Shown here: piece after piece, positions 1 through 14,180 of the stretch | Numbering within the stretch: position 1 is the stretch's first letter | How the letters are laid out: each line of letters starts with the position of its first letter | Notes under the pieces: generated by a model | Database searches by the model: none | Told to the model about the DNA's origin: nothing | What the model saw: the letters and a program-made list of their open reading frames with translations, nothing else | Position numbers and translations under genes: made by a program | Assembly: GCA_951406725.2 (NCBI GenBank) | Contig: OX597816.1 | Coordinates: 154,318,001 to 154,382,000 of the forward strand | Direction of reading: 5' to 3' | Length of the DNA stretch: 64,000 nucleotides | Origin: Octopus vulgaris | Lineage: Eukaryota

Positions 1-429
1 AAAATTCTTTTCGTAATCGTCTGAATTCCTGTGTGTAGAACACAAATGCGCAAAAATTTTCAGAAAATTCCTGAAAATAAAAAGTCATGAGGGGTTCATG
101 GGGGTACTAAACGCAGAAATCTGCTGGTAGGTGAAACAAGGGAGATGTATGAGTTGAAGATACCCTGAGTGACGGATGAACAAGACCCCGCCAATCCGAG
201 AATCAGTAACCATTGTCACGATAGAAAATACACAGAGAGAAGGCAGCACACCTACAGTCGAAGCTAAGATGTGTTTATTAGTGATTGAATGTCACTCAGT
301 TTATCTGTGTACGTAGCAATAACACCATCCCATATGTCAATGCGGCACAGCATCGTAGATCTCACTTGAACTTTGTAAAATGACAGCAGCTGTTGGGTGC
401 TGAAATATTTCCTGACCGTAAAGCAAAGG

Positions 430-830
430 ACTAGTATTTGCGAAATAGCTCTATCTATGCTAGGGATCTGCTTTCACCAGGAGATATGTTTGGTAATAAT
501 GATGTCCAGCATTAGGAGTAGCTGTGAGGATTCTAGCAGAGTACATCATGTTTTGAGGAAGATTGGTTTAGTAGGGCTTTCTTGATATGAGTAGTACTTG
601 AGCTTGTCTACTGTTGATAGAAACAATGTTGGAATGATGTCTTTGCTTCAGGAATCAATGCAGGTTTGACATATGGTGTATATGTTGTGTGTGGATGGTT
701 GGGGGTATATTAGGAAAGAATGAAGAATTATATCATCTGCATAAGAAAAGGTATTGTTAGATATGACAGCATTGATGTATAGAAGAAAGAGAGTAAGAGG
801 ACACCAGAGTTGATTGAGAGTGGGACAGAA
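430..830 (-). mobile_element. Decayed CR1/L2-type LINE reverse transcriptase fragment
   Basis: The minus strand reads ...LFLLYINAVISNNTFSYADD... (RT YADD motif near 733-750). No open frame is left. Confidence 0.6.
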
Positions 831-1399
831 AGAACTCCAACATATATCATAATGGTATGCTCTGATACGAAGTTATCAGTTCAAATGATGGAATAATCCA
901 TTTTTCTTTACTGCAGTAACATTTCAAGAGTAATTCTATATCTTTGCCACAAAATAAGGCTTAAAAATATAAATAGAAAATTGTGATCATAAATTCCCAA
1001 TTATTAAAAAATATGTTTATTCTAAATGAAAGTTAGTGGCCATTACTATTTGTAGCTAAGATTTAAGGAGTAAAAAATATTTTCAAATATTTATTTGTTT
1101 GAAAGAAACATAGGACTGAAAATTAATAACAGAAGGAAATTAAAATGATTAATGTTCTGATAAGAAGCCAATGGCAATCAGTGTCACTTCATAAAAAAAC
1201 TATCTTAAGAAACCAATGACAATCAGTTTCAATTCATAAAAAGCTTCCACTGTGCCATAAATTTGGTCTAGACAATCAAATTGTGCTATTTAAGAATAAA
1301 CTACAATCTAATTTACTGTCTGTCTTATAGAGACATTAGAGATGAAAATTTGAGTAAACCGTCTTTTTATATTTGTTTAACATCATAACATCTCTGAAT

Positions 1400-1597
1400 T
1401 GTTTAGTTCTTGTCAACCCTGATTAAGCAAAACTATGATTGGGTGATTCCAGCCATGACAATCCTGTCATTTTTATTTATTAAGAATCACTTTATCTAAT
1501 GTGACCCTTTTTTTAAAACGATAGAGTGTAATTTGAGGGAGATTTGGCTGCAATTTATAACAGGTTGAGCAATCTATTGAGGTATCCTCATTGGCTC
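1400..1597 (+). repeat. Dispersed short interspersed repeat (non-autonomous element)
   Basis: The motif gagggagatttggctgc...caggttgagc...cctcattggct and its upstream part recur near 2740, 2935, 7090, 7160, 22855 and 33240. Confidence 0.55.
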
Positions 1598-4407
1598 AAG
1601 TTAAAACTCCTTTGTTGGTTGAAACAGAGGCTCCATCACTGACTCTGTTGTTAAAAGTAGGTTAACTGATTATTTTAAGAAAGATGACACTAGTTGGTTT
1701 AATTCTCATTCCAAGTTGCTGAGGGGCTTATTGGTTTAACCACAAGGTCTAATTTCACAGTAAGACCCTTTGTGGTTGGTCACTGCTAGAAGTAGCTATG
1801 ACTTTATCAAACATACCAATATGAGTTCATATATATATTTATTCTTACCCTGTGTTGTATTTCATGTTTATTCACTACTCACCCAGTATTGGCACTGTAA
1901 TTATACATCAATTCATTACCCACCTTGCTTTGGATGGGGATGTGGAAGCATGTGGCCTTGTGGTTAGAGTGCTAGGCTCACAAGCATTAGGAGATGAGTT
2001 TGATTCTTGAATTGGTTGACATGTAATGTCCTTGAGCAAGGTACTTAATTTCACATTGCTCTAGTTCAAGCTAATGAAAGTGAGTGCCAATAGCCAGTGG
2101 AGATTAACCCTGCAATGAACTAGCATCCCATTCATAGGAGTCTAGTACTCTCAAGCACCTAAACACCTTTAAAAACTTAAGTTCCAACCCCATGAGCCTG
2201 TAAGCTTGTGGCAAACTAACCCCTGTATTCATGCTGTAGTTATATATTTATTCAAAAGCCATGTTGTAGAAATTTCAAGAATTTTATAATAAGTACACAA
2301 AAAAAATTAAATCTGTGAATTCTATATATCTTTTTCCCTATAATTCCTTAATTTCAAATTCAAATTTCTAATACCACCTCATATTATACAAAAATGATTA
2401 TTCCCCCTTGTAATAGCAACAACCACTAGGGGAACCACATGTTTCATTATTCTTATTGATGTCTGATCTTCGACCTTGAACCATTATGTAAATGAGTTGC
2501 ACTACACACAATCTTGTTTAGATGTTTAATAAGTAGTTCTATACTTGTTTCAACAGTTTGGGAGGTTGAGATAAGTGATCCCTGATATGTTTTATGAAGG
2601 ATCAAACCAGTCATTTTGATTCCTATTCCAAGCTACTTTCACAGTGGGACCAAATATATGTTTAATAAATATACAGATATAATTGTATATTATTAGTCAT
2701 GTACTCCTTTATGAGATAGTTAGGAACGATTTGAAGATTTTGATGCTGCTGCTAGCAAGGTGAACAACCACATGGAGACTCTTTCAAAATGGTTGTTGTT
2801 GATTAGCCTTCAATAAACACATAATCAAAGGTAGCAATGACCATCCCATCTTATTTTCAGATATAGTTTATTTAACATTTCCTTATCAAATATGTTTACA
2901 TTTCTGAAAATAGTAGGCTTTAATTTGAAATATATTGGCTGCTATTTCTAGCAGCTTCAGTGACTACATATATTTATAGTGGTCATTTACTGTAGTGTAA
3001 AAGAAAAAGGGAAAATGTAAGTATTTTTCTAACTCCCATGAAAGTTAGAGTGTGTACTTAGTTGAACTAATGATTCATAATCAAGTAATCTAATATATTA
3101 TTCATTCAGCCATCTCACATTTATATACAACACTGAAGGGAGAGTTGACTTGTTACTATAAGGTTTACATGTAGTGTGAACTGGTAGGTTCATTAAAACT
3201 AGATTCATTTGATATTATTATATATATAATCATTTAGATATGAATAAATATGATTTGACTAAGATTTGTATGACATGCATGAAAGAAAACAAACAGATAT
3301 AGGACTGTTTACATTTTTGAATTAATAGTAACAAATTAGATTTCTTAATAATGATACTTTTTACATAAGCCTAAGGCCTAGGAGGGTTGTTATTGATTGA
3401 ATCACCTTCGCATATTGCTAGTTCTTATTTTATCAGCTTTAGAAGAATGAAAGACTGATAACTCAGAGTAAGCTCTGACTGCAGGAAGAAGAAACAAAAC
3501 ACTACAAGATTTCAGTGAATTATGAGTTTTGATATTTTACAAATTTTTCTTTTTTTCTTTTTTTTTTTGCTTTAGCTTTATTATTAACAACATAGCAAAA
3601 TTGCTTATTACATTCTTGACCACTTTTAATATCTCAAAGTAAAAGAAAAAAAAAATTTTCTCAAATAAAAAATTGCTTTTGATTAAAGATTTCTTTACTT
3701 ACACATAGAAATTAGATACATCTTGAAAGACATACATGCAAATGGTTTGAGAAGTTTGCTTTACAACCATGTGGTTCCAGGTTCAATCCCATTGCACAAC
3801 ACTTTGAGAAAGTGTCTTCTACACTCTCCTTGGGTTGACCAATGATTGAAATTTGGTATATAGATGCTGTGTAGAGGCTCATATAAGTGTGTGTATACAT
3901 GTGTACATCCATTTCAGTTCATGGATACATTCTTATATGTGCACATATACACACCTGTCCCCTCCTTAAGCCTCCTCATAGAACCATATTCCTACTTATC
4001 CATTCATTCCCTTGCTTGTATGTTTTTCCACCAATGACTCTTTTACTCCCTTCCTTTTCTTCTGATGAAAGACTAGCACTTAAAACATCAAAACACTTTC
4101 CCTTCCTTTTCAGCATTAAGCTAATACAACATTTACAACATTATTCATACACATTCACAAGGCTTTAATCTACTGCAGCCATGGGGCAACCAAAGCCTTT
4201 GAGTAGATTTTGAAAGTGGAGACTAAAAGAAGCCTTCTGTATATATATATAATATATATATATATATTATATACATATTAGAGGGAAACCACTTTGTGGA
4301 CACCCTTATGCTAGGAACAGATCCGCTATGGTCTTACCACTAAGAAATGTTCTCAAGAAAATCGATGTTAATTAAATCAATATCTAATTTCTCACCCTCA
4401 TTTTAAA

Positions 4408-4452
<45 letters not shown>

Positions 4453-4932
4453 ATATATATATACAAACATATATATGTACACAAACGCACACACACATAT
4501 ATGGTGTTGGAAATTAGGAAAATTGGAAAATATTTAGACTATCCTTGAAACTGCAATCTGGTACTTTAGAAACTGTTGCTTTTGGTTCTGTTACTGCCTG
4601 CATCTCTCTCTCTCTCCTCCTACACATTGCTTTTCTAACTCCTGTGGGCAGAAAGCTTTCAAGTGATTCATACAGTCACATATATAGAAACTGCACTTTC
4701 AGTCTAAAGGGGTTTTTTTTCTGCATCAGCAATGGAGTACAGCTTTAGAAAGCCTTTATCACCTCCAGGGATCATCAGACACTGCATGTCTATATAGGCC
4801 ATACCTTACTACATATTGTTTCTTATTTTCTCTGTACTTACTACCTACATCTATTGGCCTGCAATGTTGATAGCAAGCCAAGGGTCAAAGCCACTATTAA
4901 TGTTGATGATTGTTACCCTTGTATTCCATTTA

Positions 4933-5770
4933 TGAAGTGGTATCAAAACATTTCCCAGACTAGATCTGTAGCATGCCAATAGATGGCAGCACACAGTTTT
5001 GTGCATAGCAAGAGCTAGGAGTCACCTTCATGAGGCAGTGTGTTGAGTAGCATCACTGTGCTTACTTCACAAGTTTTAAAATTTGTATTTTTGTGATCAC
5101 ATGTATGCTGTAGTCTGTGATTTTATCATGGACAGGAAGTTGGAACAAAGAGTCAACATGAAATTTTGCATTAAACTTGAGAAGCTTGCTACAGAGACAT
5201 TGAACATGCTTTGGTGAGCTTACGGAGATGAGGCAATGAGTCGTATGCAATGTTCTGAGTGGCACAGGCACTTCAAAAGCAGAACATCTATAGAAGACAA
5301 TGAACAATCTGGAAGACCTGCCACAAGTATCATCCCTGGAACTGTGGAGAAAATTCATCATCTTGTGCATAAAGATTGTCAGAGGACAATCAATGATATT
5401 GCTCATGTTCTTAGTCTGTCATATGGATCCATGCAGGCAATCCTAATGTCTGAATTGAACATGCAGCATGCCTCTGCTAAGTTTATCCCCTGCCTGCTGA
5501 CCACTGAGCAGAGAGAACATCATGTCAATGTCTGTCAAGATCTTCATTAGCATGCTGCTGATGACCCATCCTTCATGTCAAGCTTTATCACCAGTGGCAA
5601 GTGTTGGGTCTTTGGGTAAGACCCTGAGATGAAGCAGCAGTCGCCACAATGGAAGAGCCTTTCATCTCCATGATCAAAGAAGGTACAACAGAGTTGCAGC
5701 TCAATCAAGACCATGCACATTGTTTTTTTCAACATCTGCAGTATTGTGCATCAAGAATTCGTCCCCCAGT
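4933..5770 (+). mobile_element. Mariner (Tc1/mariner) transposon remnant, 5' half of transposase
   Basis: ORF 5236-5550 (WHRHFKSRTSIEDNEQSGRP...KFIPCLLTTEQREHHVNVCQ) is mariner HTH plus linker. It continues as decayed ITGDE-WV-YDPE-KQQS-QW. A TIR-like start follows a TA at 4931. Confidence 0.85.
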
Positions 5771-7993
5771 TGTGTTTTCTGTTCAAAACAGTGTACTCAT
5801 CTCTCCTGCACATAGTGGTCACTACTTCTGATGTCCAATCACTTTGTCAACTGACTTATTTCTGCTTGATATTTTTCTTAAATTAACAATGCACATCCAT
5901 AAGTCCATATTCAACTTACACCTATCCAACCACTATATATCTACATTCATTTCATGTTTTGCTGCTGTGCAGTATCACACTTCTTACATGTGCTTCATGA
6001 AAGTGCATGGCCTAGTGATTAGAGTGTTGCACACACGATTGTAAGACTGAGGTTTCAATTCCTGGACCAGGTGGTGCATTGCACTTTTGAGCAAAACACT
6101 TCATCTCACATTCCTCTGCAATCACTTCAACACCTGATGTATAGTACACTGTGTGCCAGTTTAGGCAATGTCACTTTGATGGAGGGAGAACAACACAAAC
6201 ATTTGATCGCTATAAACAAACCATTTGTGCAAGTTGTTCAGCAATAAATTGCAAAACTGTTATTCTTGGTCTATGTGAATTTTCCATCACATAAGCTCAT
6301 GATGTTTGATTTTTGTACAGAAAATGTGATTTTTTTTTATTGCTAAGGGAAGTTAAATTATTTGCAATGTTTTCAGCCCTGTCTACATACAAGCTCCTAC
6401 AACTTTATCATAAACACCTTCAACACTATCAATACCTCCACAGCTCAGCACTAGATGTACTTACTTCTTCTAATGAGCCACTTGAGCAGTCCATAATTCA
6501 TAGCTCATGGCAGATCTTGCTGTTAGTTACTCTAATGTGTCTGGTTGATTATCTATCTGCCAGGAATTCTAGAACACTTTTGTGTATCCATTTTTTGCTC
6601 AGAATAAATATTGGGTTTTCTATCTAGATGGTTCTACATATCTTTTTTTTTTTTTTACATATAACTTAACTTCTCTAAAGAAACTCACTGCATACCCTTT
6701 CTATCTATCACAGTAATCCTCTAGACTGTGCATGAAACACTTCCTCTTGTTCTTCCTTTTCAAGGCTGTAACCCTCTGGTATCTCTTCTTCCCTTCCTCT
6801 TTCTCTCTATCTTATTAGGAAAGTTGAATTTACCTAGAAAAGAAGATGATGGTATTTAGTTGTTTAGCTCCATATCAGCCTTGATAAAGCAAACCTATGG
6901 TCAAAACCTATACTTTATACGCACTTTTGATTACTGCATATACTTTATACGCACTTTTGACAAGTTGTGGTGCACCTGAGCACTCTATACAATAATTTCA
7001 TTATATTATATAAAAGTTGTTTTTTTTTCAACATAAGTACTAAATAAGGTAATATGCTATTTATTTTTAAGATAATAAGGTGTGACTTAAGGGAAACTTG
7101 GTTGCTATTCCTAGCAGGTTGAAAAATGAACATTGTGAATATTCTCTCATTAATATTGTTTAGCCACAGGTCAGTTCTGATTGAACAGACTTATGATTAC
7201 AATTACTTCAGCCCTGAACATTCTGTCTTTTTGTATATCAGAGATCACTTTGTGCAGTGGTATCTTCTTTTATTTAAGGATATATGAGGGAGACTTGACA
7301 TCAGTTTAAACAAGTCTTCGTAATTAGCTCAATGCCCTCCAGAGAAAGACATTAATATATCGACTAAGTTCATTGGTATGTGTAGATACGTGCCTCTCTG
7401 TATATGAGTATTTGTGTCTGTGGGTAAACTACTGCATAGAGGCTACCTCTTTGATTCAAATGTATTCTGTTTTAAACACAATATTCATCAATACAACATT
7501 TTGTATCCTGTTGATTATAGATATCATGTTCATGATATGATGTTGATTGAGAAACAAAGTATCTAGTAGTCTAGGTTTGTTGTATTGTCTGAATGTCCAT
7601 TTTTTTATAAGTCCTTTGTTATAAGAACTATTTTGTAGCTATTGTTTAGTCTGTTATTGTTACTTGTAGTAATAAGCTGGTGGATTTTCAGGCAACATTT
7701 ATATTTTTAATGCCGTTGAGATTGCAAGATTGTGTGGCATTGCCCAGGTGTCGAAACCATAGTGAGTATATTTGGCAGCTGATGATGGGCATACACATTT
7801 ATTCTGTTTAATTGTGAATTTCTTATATCTTAATCATGTTATTCTGAGCTGTCCTTCATTCTTGTAAAGTGCTTGTGGACTCCTAGTTTGTGGAGATCAC
7901 TTACATTGATAATGTTTGGTTTTCTTCATAATTAATCTAATTAGGTTTAGATAATGCTTGGATATTGGTGTCTAGTTTTGGGAGGTTCTGTGG

Positions 7994-8043
<50 letters not shown>

Positions 8044-8225
8044 TATATAGGCACAGGTGTGGGTGTGTCGCAAGAAGCTTGCTTCCCAACCACATGATTC
8101 CGGGTTCAATCCCACTGTATGGCACTTTGGGCAAGTGTCTTCTACTATAGCCTCGACCTGACCAAAGCATATATATGTATATACATATATATGCATGTAT
8201 ATACATACGTATGTATGTATATACA

Positions 8226-9156
8226 TTAGGTTGTCAAGAAAGTTCTTGCTGTTTTTAACCTTAAATTCAGATGTACATATCTCAGCTCAAACAAAACTTT
8301 ATTAATCAAAATAAACACCATCAGAATCAACACACTTTTGCCAACGTGAAACAAGTTTATTTATGTCAGTAGTGTAAAAATCCTGCGTTCTGGTGGTGAT
8401 GAAGTTGTTGAAGGCGTGTTTGGCATCATCTTGGTTTTTGAAGCATTTCTCATGCTTCAAGATGCTTGAAAAAGTGGATTGTTTTTCCAATCCTTTTCAA
8501 GTGGTTAGATATTGTTATATACGTTACATCTAATTCAGAAGCAGGCTCTCGAACAGTTGTGTGTGGATTGGCTTCAACAGAGGCTCTTAGTTGATCATTG
8601 TCAAGATCCAATGGCTGGCTGCTATGCTTATCATCTTCAAGATTCTCATCACTGCTATAAAATTTCTTGAACCACCATTGTGCTGTATATTCATTAGTGG
8701 TTCCTGGGCCAAATGCATCGTTGATATCGTGAGCTGTTTCAGCAGCTTTTCGGCCTAGCTTGAACTGGAATAAGAAAATTGTGCAAATTTGCTTTTTTGT
8801 CCATGTTGTATTCAACGTTCTGGTAAAAAAAATGGCCTAATTATTCTAAAAGGAAAAGAGTAACATGATTAGATAGAGCAAAAAATAGGCTTTAAAATTA
8901 TATACAAAGTGAAAGTAATTTAACAAAAATTTATTTGGAAATACATCATTTAAAACCAAAATTAAAAATTCTGCAAGAACTTTCATGACAACCTGCAGGA
9001 GTGGCTGTGTGGTAAGTAGCTTGTTTACCAACCACATGGTTCCGGGTTCAGTCCCACTGCGTGGCACCTTGGGCAAGTTTCTTCTACTATAGTCTCGGGC
9101 TGACCAAAGCCTTGTGAGTGGATTTGGTAGGCGGAATCTGAAAGAAGCCCGTCGTA

Positions 9157-9213
<57 letters not shown>

Positions 9214-9440
9214 TTGTGTGTCTGTGTTTGTCCCCCTAGCATTGCTTGACAACCGATGCTGGTGTGTTTATGTCCCCGTCACTTAGCGGTTCGGCAAAAA
9301 GAGACCGATAGAATAAGTATTGGGCTTACAAAGAATAAGTCCCGGGGTCGAGTTGCTCGATTAAAGGCAGTGCTCCAGCATGGCCGCAGTCAAATGACTG
9401 AAACAAGTAAAAGAGTAAAAGAGAGTAAAGAGTAACCTAA
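8226..9440 (-). mobile_element. Internally deleted mariner element with both TIRs, SINE inserted in the right TIR
   Basis: TIRs are ttaggttgtcaagaaagttcttgc (8226) and gcaagaactttcatgacaacct (8973-8994) completed by aa-TA at 9439-9442. ORF 8450-8815 is the N-terminal HTH. ORF 8302-8490 is the C-terminus (KLVSRWQKCVDSDGVYFD). Confidence 0.9.
8995..9433 (+). mobile_element. Full-length tRNA-derived SINE (major family in this window)
   Basis: tRNA-like head with A box (tggctgtgtggt) and B box (ggttcagtcc), an internal (TA)n/(TG)n tract, an (aaagagt)n tail and a 5-bp TSD aacct. More copies lie at about 8050, 29898, 32860, 42170, 53665, 56905, 57552 and 58705. Confidence 0.9.
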
Positions 9441-9851
9441 TACATACACAGGTAATTATTTAGACACTGGGTATATGTCTAGTAGTATGCAGATTAAAAC
9501 ACTTTCACTATTTAGGCTACCTGATGTCATCCACGGTTATGATATAATTGTCACTGGATCTATGTCAGGAATTTCACAGTGTTCATTGAGTTCATAATGA
9601 ATGAGGGAAACAGAAAATGGATTTAGCAAAAATCTTTATTCAACGCAGTGACTGTTTCGACCCATCCTGCATCTGTCCCTTGTGGGTAGGACTTAGTACA
9701 TCTAGTTGCGTTGCATCAAATGTCTGACATAAATAAGTCATGTTACTACATATACTGAGATTTGCTTGGCATGTTGTTGCCTGTAGAGTGTTGGCTACAC
9801 TGACATAGGACATGTGTGTGTGTGTGTGTGTATGTGTGTGTGTGTGTGTGC

Positions 9852-9896
<45 letters not shown>

Positions 9897-10624
9897 GGAG
9901 TAAACACATAAATGTGAAACAAGGTGGAAAAAAGAGTACTCAAATACCAGTGGTAGAGTAATATACTTTATTTAAAGCAGCAGAAAATTCAACAAAACCT
10001 GTTACTCTGTTATATATGAATACTTCCAATTGACATGTTATTTTAAGTAATAGGAAGGTTTATTTTTTAAAATGTCATGTTTGAAACTATTTTCTGTTGA
10101 GATATAATAAATTTACCGAGATATGAGTTGCAGGAAATTCCAATTCTATTACTGGAATAACCATGGAATTTAATTTTAATAAATAAAGCCAAAAGATTAA
10201 ATACCTATTTAGAAATACTTCTGCAGTGAGGAAATGACATTGTTAGCTCAATTATTCATTTAAATCCTTTTGACAAGGGGAGATAACTCTAGACATGTTC
10301 AACGTAATTAGAATCTCCTCAGCAAAATTTCACTGTCCATGCTGAAGTAGTGATAAGAAACTCCATATGTAGATGTGCAACAATCTACAAGAGTAGTCAT
10401 GAAAACAATGTATTAAAAGGAATAAATCAGAGTTGTGCAGGCATGGCTATATCATTAAAAAGTTTGCTTTGGAACCATATTGTTAGGAGTGCATGAATAC
10501 TGACAGCAAACTTTCTATACTATAGCTAGAGGTCAACCAATACTTTGTAAGTGAAATTGGTAGACTGAAACTTGAGAAACCTGTTACATGCATGCACATA
10601 CACACACACACCTTTGATTACAGG

Positions 10625-11540
10625 GGATCTATAAAGAATTGAGTAAAGTATGCCTCAGACTGGTTATCCAAAAGTAACCAATGCTGAATGGAACCTTAGG
10701 CATGATGTAAAGATAATAAATTTTCAAGAAAGCAGCCCCCTACTAAAACAATGCCCTAGTCAATAGTAGCTTCAAAGATAAATATATAATGCCACTAATA
10801 TTTATCAGAATAATAATAATAGACCTGGTGGCATCAAAGATAAAATAATACACAACCCATCTAATATTAATAAGAATAATAATAAGATACTTAAAAATAG
10901 GCCAAGGAAAATTATTTGGTTAACCCTTCCCTTTTCCCTTAATATAAAAACTACCTAGACAAATATTTTCCAGCAACGCACAGATACAGGAAAATATTTA
11001 ATAGGCATTCTGTGAAATTATCATACAGTTGCTGCCCCAATATGAAGAGTATCATTGCACAAGGTCAATACCAAGAGCCTGAATCCAGATGTAACTGTGA
11101 CAACCCAGGATCTTGTCCATGAGTCCAATGATGTACGATTAACTCTGTCATATATGAGTCAGAAGTTACTCCAATGCTCAATGATAATACAACAGATAAG
11201 ACCTATATTGGATTATGTGAAGAATTTAAAAATAGCTATGCCAATCACATAGCCATCTTTCAACATAAGGATAAAAGCAAAGCTACTAAGCTGGCAAGAC
11301 AAGTATGGAGTTTGAAAGCTAACGAAACATCATGTGTAATTAAGTAGAAAATAATTGAGAAATCTACACCTTATGTTAATGGATCAAATAAATGCAGGCT
11401 ATGTTTAGCTGAAAGAGCTCAGATTCTTTTCAGATCTAAGATCCCTAACTCTCTACTGAACTCTAGGTCTGAAATTTTCAGCAGTTGCAAACATATGTAT
11501 AAATATATTTTGAAGAAGTGGAAAATTCCACCTATACGAT
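10625..11540 (+). mobile_element. Penelope-like retroelement remnant (RT C-terminus and GIY-YIG region)
   Basis: Decayed frames give RPRKIIWFNP-F near 10900 and GSNKCRLCLAERAQILF...LLNSRSEIFSSCKH near 11380-11500, both typical Penelope motifs. Confidence 0.8.
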
Positions 11541-12599
11541 TAACTTATTGATATCTTTCCAACCTCATAATTTAAGGTCTAAGGAGAATAACTCTTTTAC
11601 CTTATTTTTTTTTTAACTTTCCACATTTTCTATATGCTGCCTTCTCAGCTTTTTCACATTTCTTCTCTTATTCAGTTTTTTTAGTTTGTTATGATATGTC
11701 GTTTATTGTGATGAATGTTTGAGGTATTTCTCAACATATGAAATTATTAGTATCACTTAAAGATATGTATTGTATCCTTTAAATAAATAATATTTATCTC
11801 TCACCAGATGGAGTAGTTTTTTGTTGATGGAACAGTACATTTTATATATACACACACACATATTTGAAATGTGTGTGTGCATGCACATTTCATATAAATA
11901 AGTTCCTTTTTCCCTAGTCTTTATGTGTTTACAGATTATAAGCAAAATAACAGCCTTGCTATTAATAAGCTAGTGTCTTATTTTTCAGTCAAGTGTGATA
12001 GTACACGTTAAGCAACAATGTCCAGGCCATTTGTTGTTTGATAAACTAGGATATTATAATCTGACTTGGAAACAGGTGAGGATTGGCAATAAGAAAAGTA
12101 TCCAGCCATTGAAAACCTGCCCCAAGAAATTCTATCAGATCCAAGGAAATATGGAAAATGGATGTTAAAATGATGATGAAATCACTGAAGTGAATTACTT
12201 TGAGGCATATGAAATGTTGATGTAAAGTAAAATACCTTAATTCAGATCACTTTAAAACAGAATGTTTATATCACAGAACTAGAGATGGCTTCAGATGAGT
12301 TAATATCAATAAGATTAAATAAACAATTAGAAATACTTATGTGGTGCAGAAATTATTTCAACAGGTTAACTTTTCAGCCAGCTCACGTAGTGATTCTCTC
12401 ACCATCACTATTTCAGCTAGTATAGTGAAATCTATACTTCACTAACGAGTTTTAGTAAAACCAAAACATATCTAGAGTTGTCTTCCATACTTAGCTAATG
12501 ATTAAAATAATGTTTGTCATTGCTTTTTCCACATCACATGCATATTAGTAATTAGGTATTTAATGCTCATTACATTAAATATGCTAACAGTAAATCAGT

Positions 12600-13900
12600 T
12601 ATAACTATATCTGCATGAAGAGGTCAATGGTTCTGAAATTCTTTAAGTTGATATGTACAAGAAGGGAATTCCAAAAGATTGACATGACAAGGAGTAAGGA
12701 TTAAGAAAATGTTTAGAGTTAGGTCCAGTTGGTAGAACACTGTAGGAGTAACAAGATGTAGGATGGCATTAAGTGGATGTAAGCAGCTAGTTCAAAGCAG
12801 CAAAGGACATTAAAGTATATAGAGGGGGAAAGGGTCACTTGTGATCTAGAAGCTGTAGTGTATTTTTTTCTGTCTTGGAAAAATGAACTGTACCTTTATC
12901 TTTCCAAGGCCCACCAAAGCTGTGAAATCAACATAGTTAATAATTCTCTTAAACTGATGCAAATAAAAGCCTGAAAAAAAAACAAAGGATATGCAGGGAG
13001 TTTAACCAGATGGTTAATGTAATGTCCTACGTCAGAATGATTGGATGGTATGGTTAATGCGGGGTTTGGATATAATATAGATTAAAGGGAGGATAAATGA
13101 GTAAGTTGGGGGTGCCTAGATTCAGACAGCTCTTTGAAGCATATGACACTGTAGTAACAGTAGAAAAGGCAGAAAGGGGAGATAGCACATCTGTCAGAGG
13201 TTGAAATGTGTTGAGGAATTAAGTGAGTTTTCTTTGGTTGTTGTTTAAGATGTCTGTGTGTATAACAGCATTGACCCACATATAGGAGCAGTACTCCATT
13301 GTGAGTTTCAATTGAACTTTACTGAGGGTTAGTTGTTGTTGGGAGATAAGCATTTTCTAAGTCTTTGTGATGCAGTCACAGATGTGTTGAATAAGTACAT
13401 TTGTAGAGAGAGATCCTCACTAATGGTGATAACTTCCGTATATTAAGACTTTGAAAATTCTAGTTGCAAGTTGTTTAGGGGAAGATGATAATGTTTTCTA
13501 AATATCTGTAGTGATTATCTTTGAGCTATTGAGGGAAATGAGATTGGCATGACCCTAGTAGAAAATGCTTTAAGATCTCTGTTCATGGAGTTAGTCAGTG
13601 TCTAGTATGCATGTTAATGACACTTAGGTACAGAATGTTAAAGAAAAATGAAGCCTAGTATAATCTACATAGGATTGGCATCATTAACAAGTAAGTTGTT
13701 GATGTACAAAAGGAAGAGTGTAGAGAACAGAACTGAGTCCCAGAGCATAACTGAGTTGATATTAGGAGGATCAGAGACAGCTCAATCAACATGTTATAAT
13801 GTTGTAATTGACAGGAAGCCATCAATCATAGAATTCGAAGATAAAGGAAGCATATAAGCAAACAGTTTCACCAGGAAAGCATAGTGTCAGAATCATTTTG
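12600..13900 (-). mobile_element. Decayed CR1/L2-clade LINE ORF2 fragment
   Basis: The minus strand gives INS...SVLFSTLFLLYINNLL (GVPQGSVL-like) near 13690-13760 and MEYCSYMW near 13260-13285. Related fragments lie at 27500-28280 and 32260-32690. Confidence 0.65.
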
Positions 13901-14029
13901 TATGCAGGCTGACATGTTGGTGTATATAATTACTTGATGATGACCCTAGTGAAATGGAAAGGGCAGTTTTGGAGGAAGATTTTCAATCATGTGCATCTGG
14001 ATGCAAAGCAGGCAGCAAATGTGGAAGTA

Positions 14030-14142
14030 CTGCCATGACACTGCATCCTTTAAGGCCCTCATGCTTCCCGAAATCCGTCGAAACTACACCTGATTATATA
14101 TACACTTTAGATGAGTTGTAGTGCACCTGAGCACTGTACACA

Positions 14143-14178
<36 letters not shown>
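14030..14178 (+). mobile_element. CR1 LINE 3' end with (ATT)n tail
   Basis: Near-identical to 60706-60840, the end of the CR1 ORF2 plus its 3' UTR. Confidence 0.85.

Positions 14179-14180
<2 letters not shown>

Noticed and set aside
7937-8226. ORFs rich in YI/HT/CV repeats (also near 9025, 9640, 24953, 53695, 57131 and 61143)
   Set aside because: They are translations of microsatellites and SINE bodies.
8995-9070. tRNA-like A and B boxes
   Set aside because: This is the head of a multi-copy SINE with no complete cloverleaf.
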